Below, piece after piece: positions 10,209-24,820 of a DNA stretch of 64,000 bases (its first letter is position 1; each line of letters begins with the position of its first letter). The notes beneath the pieces were generated by a model. That model made no database searches. It was not told the origin of the DNA and saw only the letters and a program-made list of their open reading frames with translations. Both the position numbers and the translations under genes were made by a program. Where the stretch lies: the NCBI GenBank assembly GCA_004022145.1, contig RCNU01000020.1; one strand, written 5' to 3'. Source of the stretch: Paecilomyces variotii (taxonomy: Eukaryota).

Positions 10209-11015
10209 GGCTGGTGGAGCGTAGTTAAGGTGTTATGCCTTCCAGGATCCCTTTCTTTTCTTTTCTTTTCTTTCTCCCTTTCTGTTTCTACTTCTATCTC
10301 TTTCCTGTGTATAAATTGAAGTCTGTCATTTTTACCTCGATATCCCACTAGCATTAGACACTGCCTATCCAGAAAGGACTCGACTGTCTGGAAAACCGAT
10401 CCATCACACATCACAGGTTGAGAGCTAAGTTGATACTCCATTAAACCAAAGAATCAATATACCCAATATGTAGCAGAACAGATCCAAATAATCACATTCT
10501 CAATAAGCACAGAGAAACCTTCCCTTTCATCGAAACCCATATTCATTTACAAAAAGTACATACTGTCCGTGCACGAACCTTAAGCACCTAGACTAAGTAA
10601 GGTTAGTTTATCAATTCGATAAGCCAAAACAGCAACAGTACTTCTAAATCCAAATCGGCCTCTCCCGATCCAATCTTCCCCGATTTCTTCGCATCGCATC
10701 GCAGCTAGATTTATCCAGCATTCTTCACTCTGAATTCGAGAACTGGCATATACACAAAAACGACCAGCACAGTTTTAACTACTTCTTCTCTCAAATAAAA
10801 ACAAGCAAGAGAAAATATCCTCCCCCGCGGAGTCCAGATCGACCGCCACCGCGATCTCGCAGCTGTTACTTTAGGTACCTACGCAAGCTTCAACCCGAAC
10901 AAGACCTCCATCGCAACAAACGAAGAAGCAGCACAAGCCTCAAGAACAACCTAATCACTCTATCCACGAATACTTCCAAGAGAGTCGCGCTCCTACGCGA
11001 TCATCGCTGGCCACA

Positions 11016-11759
11016 ATGACCTCGACAGAACCCGAACGCACAGAGTCTACAACAACCACGACAACAAATACCATCACACAAGATTCGACAGAAAGAACCC
11101 TCTCCCCCTCTCAATCTCAATCTCAATCTCCATCCCACGAACCAAAACCCTCAGACTCAGACCAAAACCAACCCGACACCACCCCCTCTCGTCCCCACCG
11201 TCCTCGAAAACAAATTCACACCCACCACTGCCGCTTCTGCAGTCACCTCCTCCTCGCCACAACGCGAGACATATCCCTCCTTCATCGACGGCGCGAACCC
11301 GCTCAAGACGCGGCATTCATCCTACCAATCTCGTCTCCATCGGGAGATGGTGAAGGATCGGATTCTGAGTCCGAAGCGAACGGGGGCGGGAAAGAGACAA
11401 ATTACACGATCCTTCTCTCAACTCTCCTTCCGGATCGGAAACATACTATTATCCGTCGTGCGGATGGGTTCGAGAAACGGCTTTTACTACGTTGTGGTCG
11501 GTGTCGGGTCGTGATTGGGTATTTTTTGGATAATGTGCATTTTAGACAGCGGAAAGGTCAAGGGGGTGCTGCAGATGCAAAGAGTGATGGAGGGAGGGAA
11601 GAGGGTGAGAAGAAGGGGGACGATGACGAGGCGAAGGTGGTGTATCTCCTGCCTGGGAGCCTGGTGCGGACGGAGCAGTTGGATGTCAATGCGGAGGATG
11701 TGGAGTTGAAGTTGGAGAGCGATCGGGAGTGGAGGGCTTGGTTGAAGGGGGAGCGATGA
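11016..11759 (+). CDS. STEEP1/CXorf56 (UPF0428)-like zinc-binding protein
   Basis: HCRFCSHLLL...RRR..D and RRADGFEKRLLLRCGRCRVVIGY motifs. Confidence 0.7.
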   Translation: MTSTEPERTESTTTTTTNTITQDSTERTLSPSQSQSQSPSHEPKPSDSDQNQPDTTPSRPHRPRKQIHTHHCRFCSHLLLATTRDISLLHRRREPAQDAAFILPISSPSGDGEGSDSESEANGGGKETNYTILLSTLLPDRKHTIIRRADGFEKRLLLRCGRCRVVIGYFLDNVHFRQRKGQGGAADAKSDGGREEGEKKGDDDEAKVVYLLPGSLVRTEQLDVNAEDVELKLESDREWRAWLKGER

Positions 11760-12218
11760 GATCCTGCCGATTTGGGCGGACGTTAGATGATATTATCATT
11801 ATGAACTACTTGTCGCATTGGGCGACAGAACAGGAGAAAGGATATTACTCCTTCCATCGGTGGCATTGATGTGTATAGATAGTTAGGTATTTATTGAACG
11901 CGGATTAGGCCGATGTTAGCCCGGCCACCAGTAATGTACATACATGACTGGATATAATACTTCGATTGCCTACTCTGTACTACATATAAGGAAGCCAACG
12001 CATGCAATGACCAGCATCCATTGAAAAACCACCGTCCACAGTCCGATTGACGCCTACGACTCTAGACAAGGATGCGACCGGGCGGGCCGCTGGCCGTGAG
12101 ATCACGACTTCCGGCGGAGTGCCACGCCCGGCTCGTGGGGTAAGGAGCTAAGAAACATAAATCGCGGGAGAAAAGCATCGTGCATCGTGACAAGAAAAGC
12201 GCGGGTATCGTAGAGTGT

Positions 12219-12861
12219 TTAGTTGGCGAGGATGGTGCGGACGAGTTCTGCGGAAGTCAACACATGATCCAAAACGAACAGATTATTCCACGACATGGAC
12301 ACATACCGGTGTAGTTGATCTCGCCCGAGCTGGTGTCAACCGCCTTGAGCAGCTCGTCGACTTCTTCATCGCTCATCTTCTCGCCCAGATTCGTCAAGAC
12401 TGCAAACGAAACGTCAGCCGCTATCCACTCATCGTCTATATGGTTCGATCCCAGGGACTACCTACTGTAACGCAGCTGGCCGACTCCAATGAAGCCCGTC
12501 AGGTCCTTGTCAAAGACCTGGAAACCACGGCAGTATTCCTCGGGCTCGCCAGGGTCGCGGAAACCACCGGGACGGTTGAGGACTTTGGAGAAGGATTCGA
12601 AGTCGACTAGTGTGGCAAAAGAGCTGTTAGCTTCCATATCGATTTCCCGGATGTCTTCTACTCTCTCGACATCTACTCACAGTCACTGCCCAGTCCCTTC
12701 TCAAGCTCCGCGATCTCCGCCAGCGTGGGGTTCTGACCGCAAGCACGGAGCAGGTCACCCAGAGATTCGAGGGAGACACGGCCGTTGCCGCGCTTGTCGA
12801 AGAGGGAGAAGGCCTCCTTGTAGTTGGTAGTCGAGGCCTGGTCGCGTTGTGAGTTCTCCAT
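12219..12861 (-). CDS. cdc4: Myosin essential light chain (Cdc4/Mlc1), 4 exons
   Basis: NYKEAFSLFDKRGNGRV...[52 protein letters not shown]. Introns 12680-12607, 12465-12400 and 12306-12248. Confidence 0.92.
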
Positions 12862-14044
12862 GTTGTCTGCTGGATGGATTGGGTTCCGCGGAACAGAAGA
12901 ATGAACGTGTTTGTTTCTTTATCTGCGCGGCGAAACAAGGGAAGGGGATAGGAAAGGGAAAGTGATGAGGAATGCGACGGTTGGTCTCTCGCGGGATGAT
13001 GGAGTCCTGGGGAGGGGTAGTATCCAGAAAGTGGGATGGAAGCTGATGAAGCTGATGGGAGCAGAATGGATTGATTGATTGATATGAGAGAGTTGACAGC
13101 GGATGGAAGGGAAAGGGAAGGGCAACATCAACACTGCCCGTGTTGAGGCTGCTCAGCCCGTCCCCGGCTCGTTCTGGCCTCCCAGTCGCCGTACCAGAAA
13201 AGCCAACCCAAGCGAATCCTCCGAGAGACCAACCATATTCATCCAACCACCAACAGGGGGCTCAGCAACAGCAGAAACATGCCAGAGAAAACGTACCATG
13301 ACGGACTGAACGGGCCGGAATTCAATTCAGATCGGGAAATTTGCACAGGGAGAAGCAAGACGGGCGACGAGAACAACGACGCTGAGCAAATGAGATAGAT
13401 AGAGGTGAATGAGGGAGAACAGGAGGAATGTGTCTTGTTTCTGGGGAAGAGTCACCAGGAGGTCCCAGCGTCAGGTTGGCTCTTGTTTGGCGCTGGCTGG
13501 TTGTTGTGGTAACCATCTCAGTCTCCACCACGCCAACACTGCTTATTCTCCCTCACGATCGGCACTAACTTGACATCCTAGAATAGAATGAGTGTCCCCG
13601 GGGTCTGATTTCATTATGGCGGCCAATGGACCCTCCTGACGGATCCTGTCTCTCCCGCAAATGGTCAAGACTGAGATATCACCGCAGTAGGAAGAATGGG
13701 ATCTGGCTGAAGACTTATAATCTGTGAATAAACGGGCAAGGCATCAATAGATTCCTCCTATACTTATACGATGCCCGCTTAGATGGCACAGAAGTCTAGA
13801 TAGAACACGGATATGCACAGACACTCGCAGTCCTGGTATATATATATACACATAGATAGAGGCAAGGTATCAACAAACAGCAATATATCCCATCTGTTAT
13901 CACAAGAAAAAAAAAAAAAAAACTGAGCTCCTCGAAGTCACATGCTTCCATTCCATCGCTCAATTCCAATCCAATACCTGATATATCCCATCGATACGCC
14001 CAAGCTCCATCAGAGAATTGTTACAAGCAGGGAAACCATCCCTG

Positions 14045-17000
14045 CTACGGCTTTCCCGCGGACGCCATCTGCAGCTTCTCGATGCAGCTGTCCAGCAGAT
14101 TGGCTGCTTCGTGTAAAAGTTCCCATCGAGTATGCTGAAATGTCTCGCGCAGGGTCATCAGTAAACCGAGGCATCGATTACGACCTTTGATCGTCTCGAG
14201 ATCACTCGGTTCGCGCACGCCGCCCACACGCTCGAGGAACTCCCGCATGTCCCGTCGCTGAGCATCCGGGGTCGCTAGCATTGTCGACGACGCCAATGGC
14301 CCATCGAGCGCATATCCGTAGCACCACACCACCAGCCCGGCAAAATAGAGCACCCATGGCCGATTAAGCAGGAAATCCTCCCGCGCAGAATAGCACTCCT
14401 CCGTCAAAAGACATTGAGAGAGGAACTTCAACGCGTAAAAGGTCGCATCCCGTGCTGACGCCTTTGACGCCCATCGCTCCGTCATCTTTTCCCGCGCGGT
14501 GCTGTAATCCTTTGGAGTAATGGACCGCCCAAGCAGCCGTCCAGCTCCCGCAAAGATCTGACAGTCCACAATGTCCACGTGGGATGCCATGTGGGCGAGA
14601 TGGTGGAGCACGGTACGAGCTTCGAATGTGTTTTCATCGTCCATCGGAAACCGTTGCCCATATGCGTTCAAGGCAGCTGTGGGCGCTGTCTGGGCAAGCG
14701 CTTGGTCGAAGTCATGTCTCCAATGGTCGAATGCCCGCAAGAGAGACGATCGCCATTTGTCTCGGCCTCCTAACGCTTGGGTAACGCCGAGGGAGCTGAC
14801 CTGCAGGTCTCGTTGATTCATATGCCAGCTGACGCTCAGCAGTCCGGCCATGATAATCGTCCGTCCAAAGGGGTTGGTCCGCACCGTCTGCCCGTTAAGC
14901 GTCTTTTTGAGTCCGTCCAGAAACATCGTCGGTTTCACCCCGTTCGCATTGAGGCTCGATTGCATCCGTGCCACTTCAGCAGCACTCGTGGCTGACCACA
15001 AGGCTTCGTCACATGGTAGAGGCAGACGCATCTCATGGGCGACCATCTTAGCGGAATGTCCAAACATAGCGGCATGGGTTGAGTCCAGAACAAATGCTGC
15101 AAAAGCCACTCTGCGCGTTGCTTCTGCCTTGATCCAGTGCGCCCAAGACTCTTCGGGTCCATCTTCAGATACCGGTGTAGATCCAGTCCCGGAACGGCCC
15201 TGACGTTCCTCTCTTGCACTGGATGGGGAATCAAAGGCTGACCTTCCGATAAGAGAGCTACCTCGTCGCATCAGCGTCAAGGTGGTGTCGTGGTGGATGT
15301 GGGCCCGTTCATGCAGTGCCCGGGTCGAAAACATCTTTTCGTATATCTCGAGAAGCAGCAACGTCTGAAACACCCACAACTTAGCTGGGGGTCTGAAGTC
15401 TCCATCCATAAAGATCTCCCACCGCAGATGCCAGGCTATAAAGTTTGCCAAGTCTGCCGCAGCCTCTGTGACTTCTGCACCGTGCGCTTTATCCAGCGTT
15501 GATGCTCCGATCGCCATGACTGCCAGGAGGAGGAGAGTGGGTGTGGTGTCAGCGGTGAAAGTCGGTCGATGTAGAATTGGTAGTTGTGGATGCAGGTGGT
15601 ACCAGTAAGAACCGATATATGTCTGCATCATTCGAAGACTTAGAACGTGGCCGTCTTCATCCATATTACCTTCCAGCAGAGCATCTTTCCGTTTACTCAC
15701 GGCTGAGTGAGCGGGTTCGTTGAAACGCGTGATCATTAGGTGCAGCAGTTCCTGCCGTTTCTCCTCAGACATGATCGCCTGGGGAGGTCCAGAATCCAAT
15801 ATGCTCGTGACACTCATGGGATGCTGCGGGATCACGCTTGTGAGATAGTTGCTGTACGCGGTATCATTGATACGGTAGGAATTCTGAAACTGCGTTGGAT
15901 CCGAATATCCAGGTATGACTCCTGATGGGGCCGTATATGTGACGGGAGATAGATTTGTCGCAGATCCGTTGAAAAGCCAAGCTGCAAAGTCATCCGCCAT
16001 GGCAAAGGGAGACCTATTATACGTTTCCCCTCCAAAGACCGGGTAGGCAAAAGATCCCGTAGGATCAAACGCATGTTCCGCAGCACTAGGATCAGGCGCC
16101 ACAATGCCGGTGACCGGATCGAAACTGCTTAGTCCAGCCGCTCCATACGATGCACTTGCGGGCGATGCTAGACCCGGCGTCGAGTACCCAGGTGGGCGCT
16201 GGTGAGAGACGTATGTGGTCGTGTCCACAGAGATTATATTTGGAAAGGTAGTACCTGTAGACTCGGAAGAAGCTGTTAACGTCTGATCCTGACCCATCAC
16301 TCTCGCTGACTCGGAACGTTGCTGTAGCTGACTGGGACTGAACGCGGCGCCATGGTAAGCGGAAGTGCCCATTGACCTATACTTGGCGGATGGATTTGGG
16401 GGACTATACGAGGTGGTAGGGTGCACCTTGGGAGAATTCATGGAATACGTGCTGGCGCTGTTCGATCGCTTAGCACTCAAATCAGAGCTTCCATATCCTG
16501 TTTGAGGGGTCAGAGGAGGATACGAAGATTCCACTGATCCAGAGATAGCCGATCCCGTCGTTCGATAACTAGTTCGGGTCGCCGGACGGTTTGGATGACT
16601 GATTCCGGGACTGACAGAAGTGTCCGCCAGGAACGACGGTTGCGATGGTCCGGATGCTACATAGTTGTCTGCCGTCGGAGCTACAGTAGCGGTTGAAGTA
16701 CAAGAGATGCCTTCATCGAGAGCCGGTGATGGAGGTACTGCCGGGAGATGACTGGCCGTCTGCGCGAAGCTGTCTCGTCTTTGCAGTTGCGATCCGTTCG
16801 TTGTATGTCGCTCCCGATGGCGGACACAGAGATCTTGTCGCACAAACGACCGATGACAGTCTGGGAAATCACATCGATAGATTTGCTTGGGAGTGTCTGG
16901 ATTGCGAAGCGTCAGCCGAATTCTTTCTCGCTTTGGTGGTGACTCTCAGTCGTCAGTGGGCATACGGTTGAGTTGATGACGGTACAAATGCTCCGCTCTG

Positions 17001-17188
17001 GAGTAGCTTTTCCCGCATCCCTCATGTTTACACTCAAACTTCTTATCGGTTGGGATTGTCCTTTTTCGTTTCTTGGTCGATCCGCTATCCGCGGGGTCAG
17101 TGTCAGCATCCCGGGCCATTTGTGTATTGCCATTCGTATCACGCTGTCGCCGGGATCCTCGATCTGCCCGTTGTTCTCCTTTGGCCAT
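14045..17188 (-). CDS. C2H2 zinc finger plus fungal-specific transcription factor domain protein (Klf1/Zas1-like)
   Basis: Two C2H2 fingers (FECKHEGCGKSYSRAEHLYRHQLNH; YRCDFPDCHRSFVRQDLCVRHRERH) span intron 16965-16897. Fungal_trans domain (YWYHLHPQLPILHRPTF...EATRRVAFAAFVLD...LPCDEALW). Confidence 0.9.
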
Positions 17189-17878
17189 TCCAACGGCAGA
17201 AAAGGTCATCTCCTGGACACTCCTCCTTGGGATGAGACGCTGGGAGATACTGCCAAACAGAAGGCGCTGCACTTTGGATAGGAGTAGCCTTCTAAGGTCA
17301 CCGGGGGATTCTACTGGTATATTCCGAACCCACCCGTTTTCCTGAGAATACGATAAGAGGTAAACGACAGTAACCGCTGCGAGTGGATTTGCCAATGTCG
17401 CGCTGGGCCGGTTAATATCACTTTGGATTCCATCTGTAACATCGAACGAGCAGAAGCGGGCCACGGGACACTTTCAATCTTCCGTGCGGAAGAGAGGAAT
17501 GGCTGGAAGATTGTTGTGTTGATTTGCAAGTCGGCAGGCAGCGACTGGTAGGGAACGACTCCGCGGGGCTGATCAGCAGCAGCAGCAGCAGGCGGAGCAG
17601 GATGCCCGAGATGAGAAGAAAAAAAGAAAGAAAAAAAGAAAGCAAAAAGAAGGGCCAGAGGGATATTGCAAGACGGCCGTGACGCTTACGGGATGGCCAT
17701 GATGGTTCGTGGAACGAATCGCAAAGGCGTCGACCAGGGGAGACCGGCTGATTGGACGCCTTTCTGCTGGAGGGAAAGTTGAACGGCCAGAGATGGACTT
17801 GTGATCCTCCGCGTCGTCCGGATCCAACAAGAGGATGGCGATGGGAGAAGAACAAAAAGAAAGGAGGAGGATGAATAG

Positions 17879-17909
<31 letters not shown>

Positions 17910-17916
17910 GTTAGTT
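17879..17916. repeat. (TTAGTTGG)x4.7 tandem octamer
   Basis: Directly visible upstream of the C2H2 TF gene. Confidence 0.9.
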
Positions 17917-20900
17917 AATGTTAATTAGCTACTTAGCTGGGCGATGCTGATGCTGATGAGAGCTGCTGATCGAGGTGGGGCTTGCGACGGGCAATCTCGA
18001 GAACGAGTAAGTAAGTAAGTAGTTAAGTGATTTTTATTTTACGTGCGTTAGTTAACTAAGTTAAGTATGATTAAGTAGGAGGATCGTGCTCGAGTGTTCG
18101 CGAGCTAAGTAAGTAGAAATGCAGAGACCATCAACGGCTTGGGCCGACAGCGATACAGTCTATTGGAACCATATCGCCAGAAGAGTTCGTGTCGTTACAC
18201 CAGGGAGGGGTTTATGATGATTTAATGATTATTATTGGAAGCGAGTTAAGTAAGGATACTGCGTCAGATGTAAAACAGAGATCGAGTCCGCTCCCTATCT
18301 GATCATCTCAGCCGGAGCCAAACCACGGACGCAAAAGACGGCACGGATAACTAAGTAGTGTGGAGACAACACCACGGCAGAAACCTGGGGAGGAGAGGGG
18401 CAAAGGCCAGAAAAAGAAAAAGAAAAGACGAGAAGAAAAAAAAAAAAGAAAGCTAGCAGCGGGTGCATATCATACTGCATAGAAGGCCGTCAGAACGTTG
18501 GTAGAAAACTTTTCTATCGGGCACACTTCTGATTTAGATAGTCCGCATCTTGAAACATTCGACTAACTAGATCTGCTGTGGCCCACAGATGGGCAAATTT
18601 GCTTCTTATAGATGCTTCTCGTCATCAACAGAGTACTACTAGTACCATATGATCTCACTGATACCTAAGTTACTACATACTACAGTACTCTAGTGACATC
18701 CCATGGATCCTCTATTGGGCAGGCTACTTACCACGGTAGATAGCGTCAAACCGCGGTGCCTCGATAGTAATATCGTCCCCGAACGGCCCCTGCGCGAAGA
18801 ACCGCTCATGGGATCCTTGCCAAGCAGGTCGTTCGCGCAGAATGATCAGAAACTCTGCCGTTGGTCGAGTATGTTCCCGGATCTCACAGTGACTGCGTTT
18901 CGTACGGAGTACTTGGATATCTTGACGCTCTCGATCTTCTTCTACTTAGGTACTTACTCTGGGGTGAATGTGAATGAAGATGAACGGTCTCCAAGTGGAG
19001 ATCAGATCAGACCCAGCGGGACTGCCGCCGCGTGGAGCACGAGGGGCCGGTCCGTCAGCTTCACGATCTCGGAAGTATAATCCAGGTACCGAGTCTAGGA
19101 TCTCGGACAAGGTCGGGGATTACTCGATATTATTCACAGGGATCGTTTCCGTCATTGCAGGGGATCTGTTGATAGATGAGATCGGACGGTTAAACTTCTA
19201 TACTTACCTCCTGGAGAGAATTGGGTTGGTCCAGCGGCAGTCGCGGCAAAAAGATAAAGTTAACTTGTCACTGGAGGAAAATCAGAGGGCTGACACTAAG
19301 TAGAGTCCATTTCTCCATACGAAGAGATCTTCGTACTGTATGTATGTGCATACATACATACATACATACATCCGATTCTTCTGCAGGTGGCGGGAACCAG
19401 CGACTAGGGTTCTGTGTATATCACCAATACCACGGCAGAGCCTGTATGGTGAGCAGTCATGAGAACCATTGCATTTCCCTGTTTTCTATTATCTAAATTT
19501 GCAGAGCGGTACAGCGACTACCTACCACAGGAAATCTCTGACGGATCTTCAAGAAAAAGAAAATTTTTGCCAGCCGCACCTCGAGACGACGACTGATCGC
19601 TAGGAACAGGCAAGAGACCCCATGGCGTCAGCATCGCCAGGCCTGCAAAAAACTACTCTAGGCGCATACTTACGCCGTTCTCCACGGTAGCATGGCGAGA
19701 TTTCTAGAACCCGATGGGGTTATTGTTCCAATAATAACCCGGAACGGTCAAGTCCTGGAGAAAGAGATTTTCGCCGGGGGATGATCATCGAATCTGTTTA
19801 GTCCCAGTGAGGTAACGTAGATATGTTTGAGGTCCATTCGAAGTTCGAACGCACAATAAGCTTGCCAATAGAATATTCTTATTGCAACCCATCCGCCCGG
19901 AGTTCTCCTGGCCCGTACTCGGTGGGTGCCGCCTTCCGCCTCCTCATACCTATTGTGGTGTAGAGTTTACCATGCAGGAAATGAAACCAAGTTCCAGATC
20001 AGAAGAATCTCTCTAATAATGTGAACTTTGTGAAGCAGTCTAGTCTTGGAGATCCCTGTGCTTCCGTCGGCCTCCGGGATATGGCACAGGTGTGAGACAC
20101 GAAAGTAACGTAACGAGAAAAAAGGGCGGTTTGAGGGGTTGGGAAGGATGCGCCGATAACTACTGAAGTAGCTAATCATGAAGTTGATATTTGCAATGCG
20201 GATTAGCAGCCGTTTCCCCAATGGCACCCTTCCACACACGTACTGACCGCTTTGTTATTGTTTTTTTTTTTTTTTTTCTTGTACTCTACAACAGCTGGCT
20301 TAGTGCGGCTGTCGGGCTTTACATACGGACTAAAGGAGCTGGGAGCAAGTACTTAACAATTCCTCCAAGGGCAAACGGAAGGACCAGATACTGACGTCAA
20401 GCCTGGGACCTTGGTTACGGTTGGATCTAACGGTAGGCATCACTGGCTGAAATAATAGGTATGTCGGTCCAATATAAAACCTGGAATGGAAAAGGGGCTC
20501 TGTGAAATCTGTGGTGACGGGACAAAAATCTCGATTGGCTATGACCCCGATCAGACAGGCAGAGTATGTGCTCGCGGGGTCGGGGGCACCTCGAGAAGGT
20601 CACGCTGAAGTCGCAACATCGTCTTCCCCGTTTGTGGAATAGTACCGGACGCTCAGTAGGAAGTCATCTCATGTCTCACTGTCTTCTTTGCATTTATTGC
20701 ATTTGATTAGTTGTTACAAGTTCTGATATCACCGCCGTCATCTCATGTGTTCACCTCTACCGCCTCCCAGCATCGTACGTGCCATGAGGGGAAGACACTG
20801 ATCCTCGATCTGTGAGAGAGAACGCGTCCGCCTCAAGGAGGGGCATACTGTCTATATTTCTTTCACCGTTCCTATTGATATCTTACCTTAATCATAACAG

Positions 20901-21002
20901 AAGTGACCACTGGGTCAGTGCAGACTTTGATAATTCTGAATACAGAATTCGTTCGCGTCAGGCAGCATCAGCCGGCGAGGTAGATCATAAGTAGCCAGTT
21001 GA

Positions 21003-24000
21003 CTAGCCACTGAACCGGAACCGGGTTGCTTCGAGTCTCCCGAGGCCCTCCCGCGGGGCCACATTCCGTCGTCGATAGGAATTGGTGAAGTCTGTTCAGT
21101 TCATTAATATACGCACACGGAAACATACTTGACAAGGATGAAGCGAACCTTGTAGCAGCACTCGAATCCTCCGCATCTCGCCAGTTTGGATCTTGTCCGA
21201 GATGCCCTTTATCAGCTTCTCGGACTCACCGGGCTTGATTGAGCCGGGCGGAAGCATCTGAAGAGTGGACTGCACCCATGTTCCCGCTTCCGCGGGCATC
21301 ATCTCAAAGAGCGTCATCAAGACACCAGAAGCATCTGGGAAGCAGTCTCCAGGGAAAGTGAACATCATCCCGGTGAGGATCCTCTGAACAAGTAATTGGC
21401 CTTGAGAGGCGACGAGCTGTTTCACAGCGGCTTGGATCTCGACGGGATTAGAATATGGTTCCCCATTTGGCCCGGCGAATTCAGAGACCGAGGGGTGCTC
21501 GAAGCCGAAGCTTAGCAAGTCGCGGTAGTAATGTAACGTCGCGATCAAAGGATCAACTTGCTGCAAAGTGAGTGCGCTCAGGGCAGCCGAGAAGATAGGA
21601 ATTGCCAGAGGAGAAGTCACGCATTTTTTAGGGTAGAACCGCATAGCGTCACTAGCAAGCCGGAAGAAGTCCTCGATCACTAAATCGTCTGTTAACAATG
21701 ATACGAGCAAAGTTTGCGTTTCACCACCGAACTTACCATCGGGCAGATTCTGTGGAGGGAGTTCATTAAGAATCCGTAAGAATACAAGAGCTTGCTGCTC
21801 GAAAAATTGATAAACCGCTTCGCTAGTCGGCAGATCAACGTATTCTGCACCATCAGCGAATTCTCGGATGATGGCGTCCGTTGCCCATAGAAAACAGCCT
21901 TCTCTCGATAGCTCGAACCCAGATGCAAGGCTCTGCGCCAAGCTTGGCAAAAGTGGTATCATGGCGGTGCGGTATGAAATGATCATGTACCGCCAGCAAC
22001 GACAAACACGTTCTAAGATCGGTGTAGATGTAGTGAAGTTCATCACAATCGTGCTCATCACTGGAAGAATTTCTCCGCAGTACTTCACAGCAGGGTTCTC
22101 TTGGCCGGGTCCGACATATGGAGACACTACCTGGACAAAAATAGTGATTAATTGTAGATGGTCTGCAATGTTCAATATTAGTTCAGTGAGCATCCTGTGG
22201 GGTCCTTGCTCGAACATACCAGCAACTGCTCTCTGGCCCTGCTCATCCTTCGCGTGATTAGCAAGGTTCATGATCCTAGCCATGATCGGGTCACAAAAGA
22301 GCTTCATTGTCTCATAGATTTTCTCAGTTGGCTGGACTGCAACCACGGCAGCTACTCCCTCCGTGACTTCTTCCTGACTCGCAGGTTTAAGCTTATCGAT
22401 CACAGACTCATAGAAAGAGTGCAGTTGTGTAATGTGTCCTCCAAGCAGCTTTTGGCAGTCCGTTCCCAGGAACTTGAAAGCTAAAGCAGCGGCCTGAACA
22501 ACCTCCGGCGAACTATGTTGGAAACCGGAGATGACATAATTCAGTTGTGCTTCGAGTGTCTCTGGGTGTTGTGCGGTCCATTCTGTGTACCTCCCCAGGG
22601 CCATAATTGCCTGGAAACGGACTTTTTCTTGGTCCGGAATCTGCACAATCAGAGGTATCACTTGTGGCAAGACGGAACTCTCTTCAGGATCGACCATACG
22701 TCCCATAGCTCTCATACTGAAAAGAGGGGCCTCAAGCTCTTGCCAGTGAGGAACGTGAGTGTTTGTTGCCTGAGAGGCATACTTGGATACCCATTGTTGG
22801 ATGAGCTGATACGACTTCCCAAGGCACTCTGTCACACCGATAACTGCACAGCAATCCTTGAGAACGTCCCCCATAGAGTGTCTGAACTGCCGGAACTTCT
22901 CTTCTTGCTCCCTGTCACCATCGAAAAGATCCTCTTCGTCGCCATCAGGGGTTGGGAACTCAAGATGCTTGATCATGATATCAACCAGCTGAGAGAAGAT
23001 ATCGGCAAACTTGTCGCGTGCTGCCACATAACGATCCAGGGTGATGTATTGCTTAAGCTCGTACCAGAAGATGAATGTGAGTGAAATAGCATCGCGTTCC
23101 TTGTCTCTCGCGCAACACTCCAAGACAGCCTCGACAAGGCTACGGAACTCGTCGGGAAGACGGGCGATCAAAACAACCCAGGCTTCGCCTGCTTCAGCAA
23201 AGAGCCTGGTGACTCCACGCAAGGTATCCACATCCTCAGCTTCCGCGGCCTCGCGGATCTTCGGACGCAGGGCGATTATGCGAGGATATACCGCTTGTAT
23301 GACGGGTAAAGAATCGTCCACCTCCCGCGTATCTCTGTATATCGTACAAATACATTCCACGGCAGACTCGAACGATGGCTCATTGTCCAATGCCTTTAGT
23401 ATAACATTCATCAGAGGCGAGTCAACAATCTTAGAGGCTGGGATTTCGCGCATCCAGGATGTAATACAGTCGAGCAGGCGAGGACTCATCGCGGCGGACG
23501 CTTAGGCGAAGTCAGTATCCTCATCGAGCGGTAAGGGCATTACAGGAGACATACGAGAAGATTGCGCATACTGCGTGAGAAGGTGCAATACCTGATCGGC
23601 ATTGTCCTCTAATAGCTCCTTCGTCCTGTTTGAGAGTTCCTCTTCCTAATGGTCATACGAATTAGATTTGAACGTCTGGGTGTAATGCCACACACGGTCG
23701 CCGGATCGGAGTGTTGGAAGCTGGATTGGTGTATGTCGGTCGAACGTACAGTAAGATTGATCTTGCGTCCTTCTGTCACCTCCTCAGGCAAGACCTTAAG
23801 GAACTCCAGAACACAGTCTCCAGCAGTGCTTCCAAGAGCGGAGCCCACCGTGCTCAAGACGTCCTTCCATCCTGTCATCTGTATGGCTAGACTGGCGAGA
23901 CACACGCATAACTGCGTTTGTATAGGCCTAGGCCCGGATGCATAAGCCGTAAGTAGAGCAAGGATCGAGTCTCTTAGTGCAGGCAATGATTCCGCGGGCA

Positions 24001-24373
24001 ACTGGTCCAAATCATATGTGATCTGCTACTGTCAGTCATTCCGTAGACCGCCCCGCACGAAACAAGATCGATTTGTTTACCTTTCCCTTCAACGTCGTCG
24101 CCGCGAAAAGCTTTGCCTCAATCTGAACGTCTGGTGATTGTAGTAACCCGTGCGTAACTGTCCATGCTTCGATCTAAAAATTGGATGCGTCAGCTTGTTG
24201 TTTAGAGAGGAGCGGGGTACAGTGAGCTTCGGAGGTCATACCGATTTCTGGAACTTTTCAAGAAATTCGTGAGCATGAGTCTTCTCTGTACGCGAAGCAT
24301 TTCCCTGCATCGTAGCCACCGCTGCTAGGACTGGCCCGAAAGCCTGTCCTGCGCCTTCATCTTTGGTCGCCAT
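21003..24373 (-). CDS. MTR10: Importin-beta family karyopherin Mtr10 / transportin-SR, multi-exon
   Basis: N-terminus AHEFLEKFQKS...LFAATTLKGKITYDL, HEAT-repeat body (FRQFRHSMGDVLKDCC, WQELEAPLFSMRAMG), C-terminal FTNSYRRRNVAPREGLGRLEATRFRFSG*. Confidence 0.93.
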
Positions 24374-24820
24374 AGTCGTCGAGCGTGTAAGTGGGTTGAT
24401 CTCGGGGGGGGAGTAACGAGAACGAAGTAATACGCCGTCAACCGGGCCAGGAAATGCGATCGCCACCTATGAAACTCATGAATAGTGTATGCGATCGTGA
24501 GTATATAAGTTTCAGGGCCCTGAATGAATACGGCGCTGTAGAATCCGATGAGGACCAGGCGTAGGTGGGATGTGATGGTTTCAGTGACGAGACCCAAGCA
24601 GCCCGAAAAAGTTGGGTTGAGCCGCAACCACAAACAGGCCGACCGGCTCTGGTCATTCTCCGCGAACCACCACAAAGCTTCCCCGAACATTCGTGATAAC
24701 CAGACGGCACACCTACAATTCTTGCACTCGGTCGCGCCTCGAGCTATCCTTGATCTAGTTCTGCTATCTTGGATCCTGTTCTCCTTGACTACTTGCAATC
24801 CCCCAATAATCACGTTCACC

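Noticed and set aside
17879-17916. Interstitial telomeric repeat
   Set aside because: TTAGTTGG is not TTAGGG and there are fewer than five copies.
21096-23489. Apparent peptide insertions in Mtr10 (GMFEQGPH...; GKFGGETQ...)
   Set aside because: They are stop-free in-frame GT-AG introns read through by the ORF finder.
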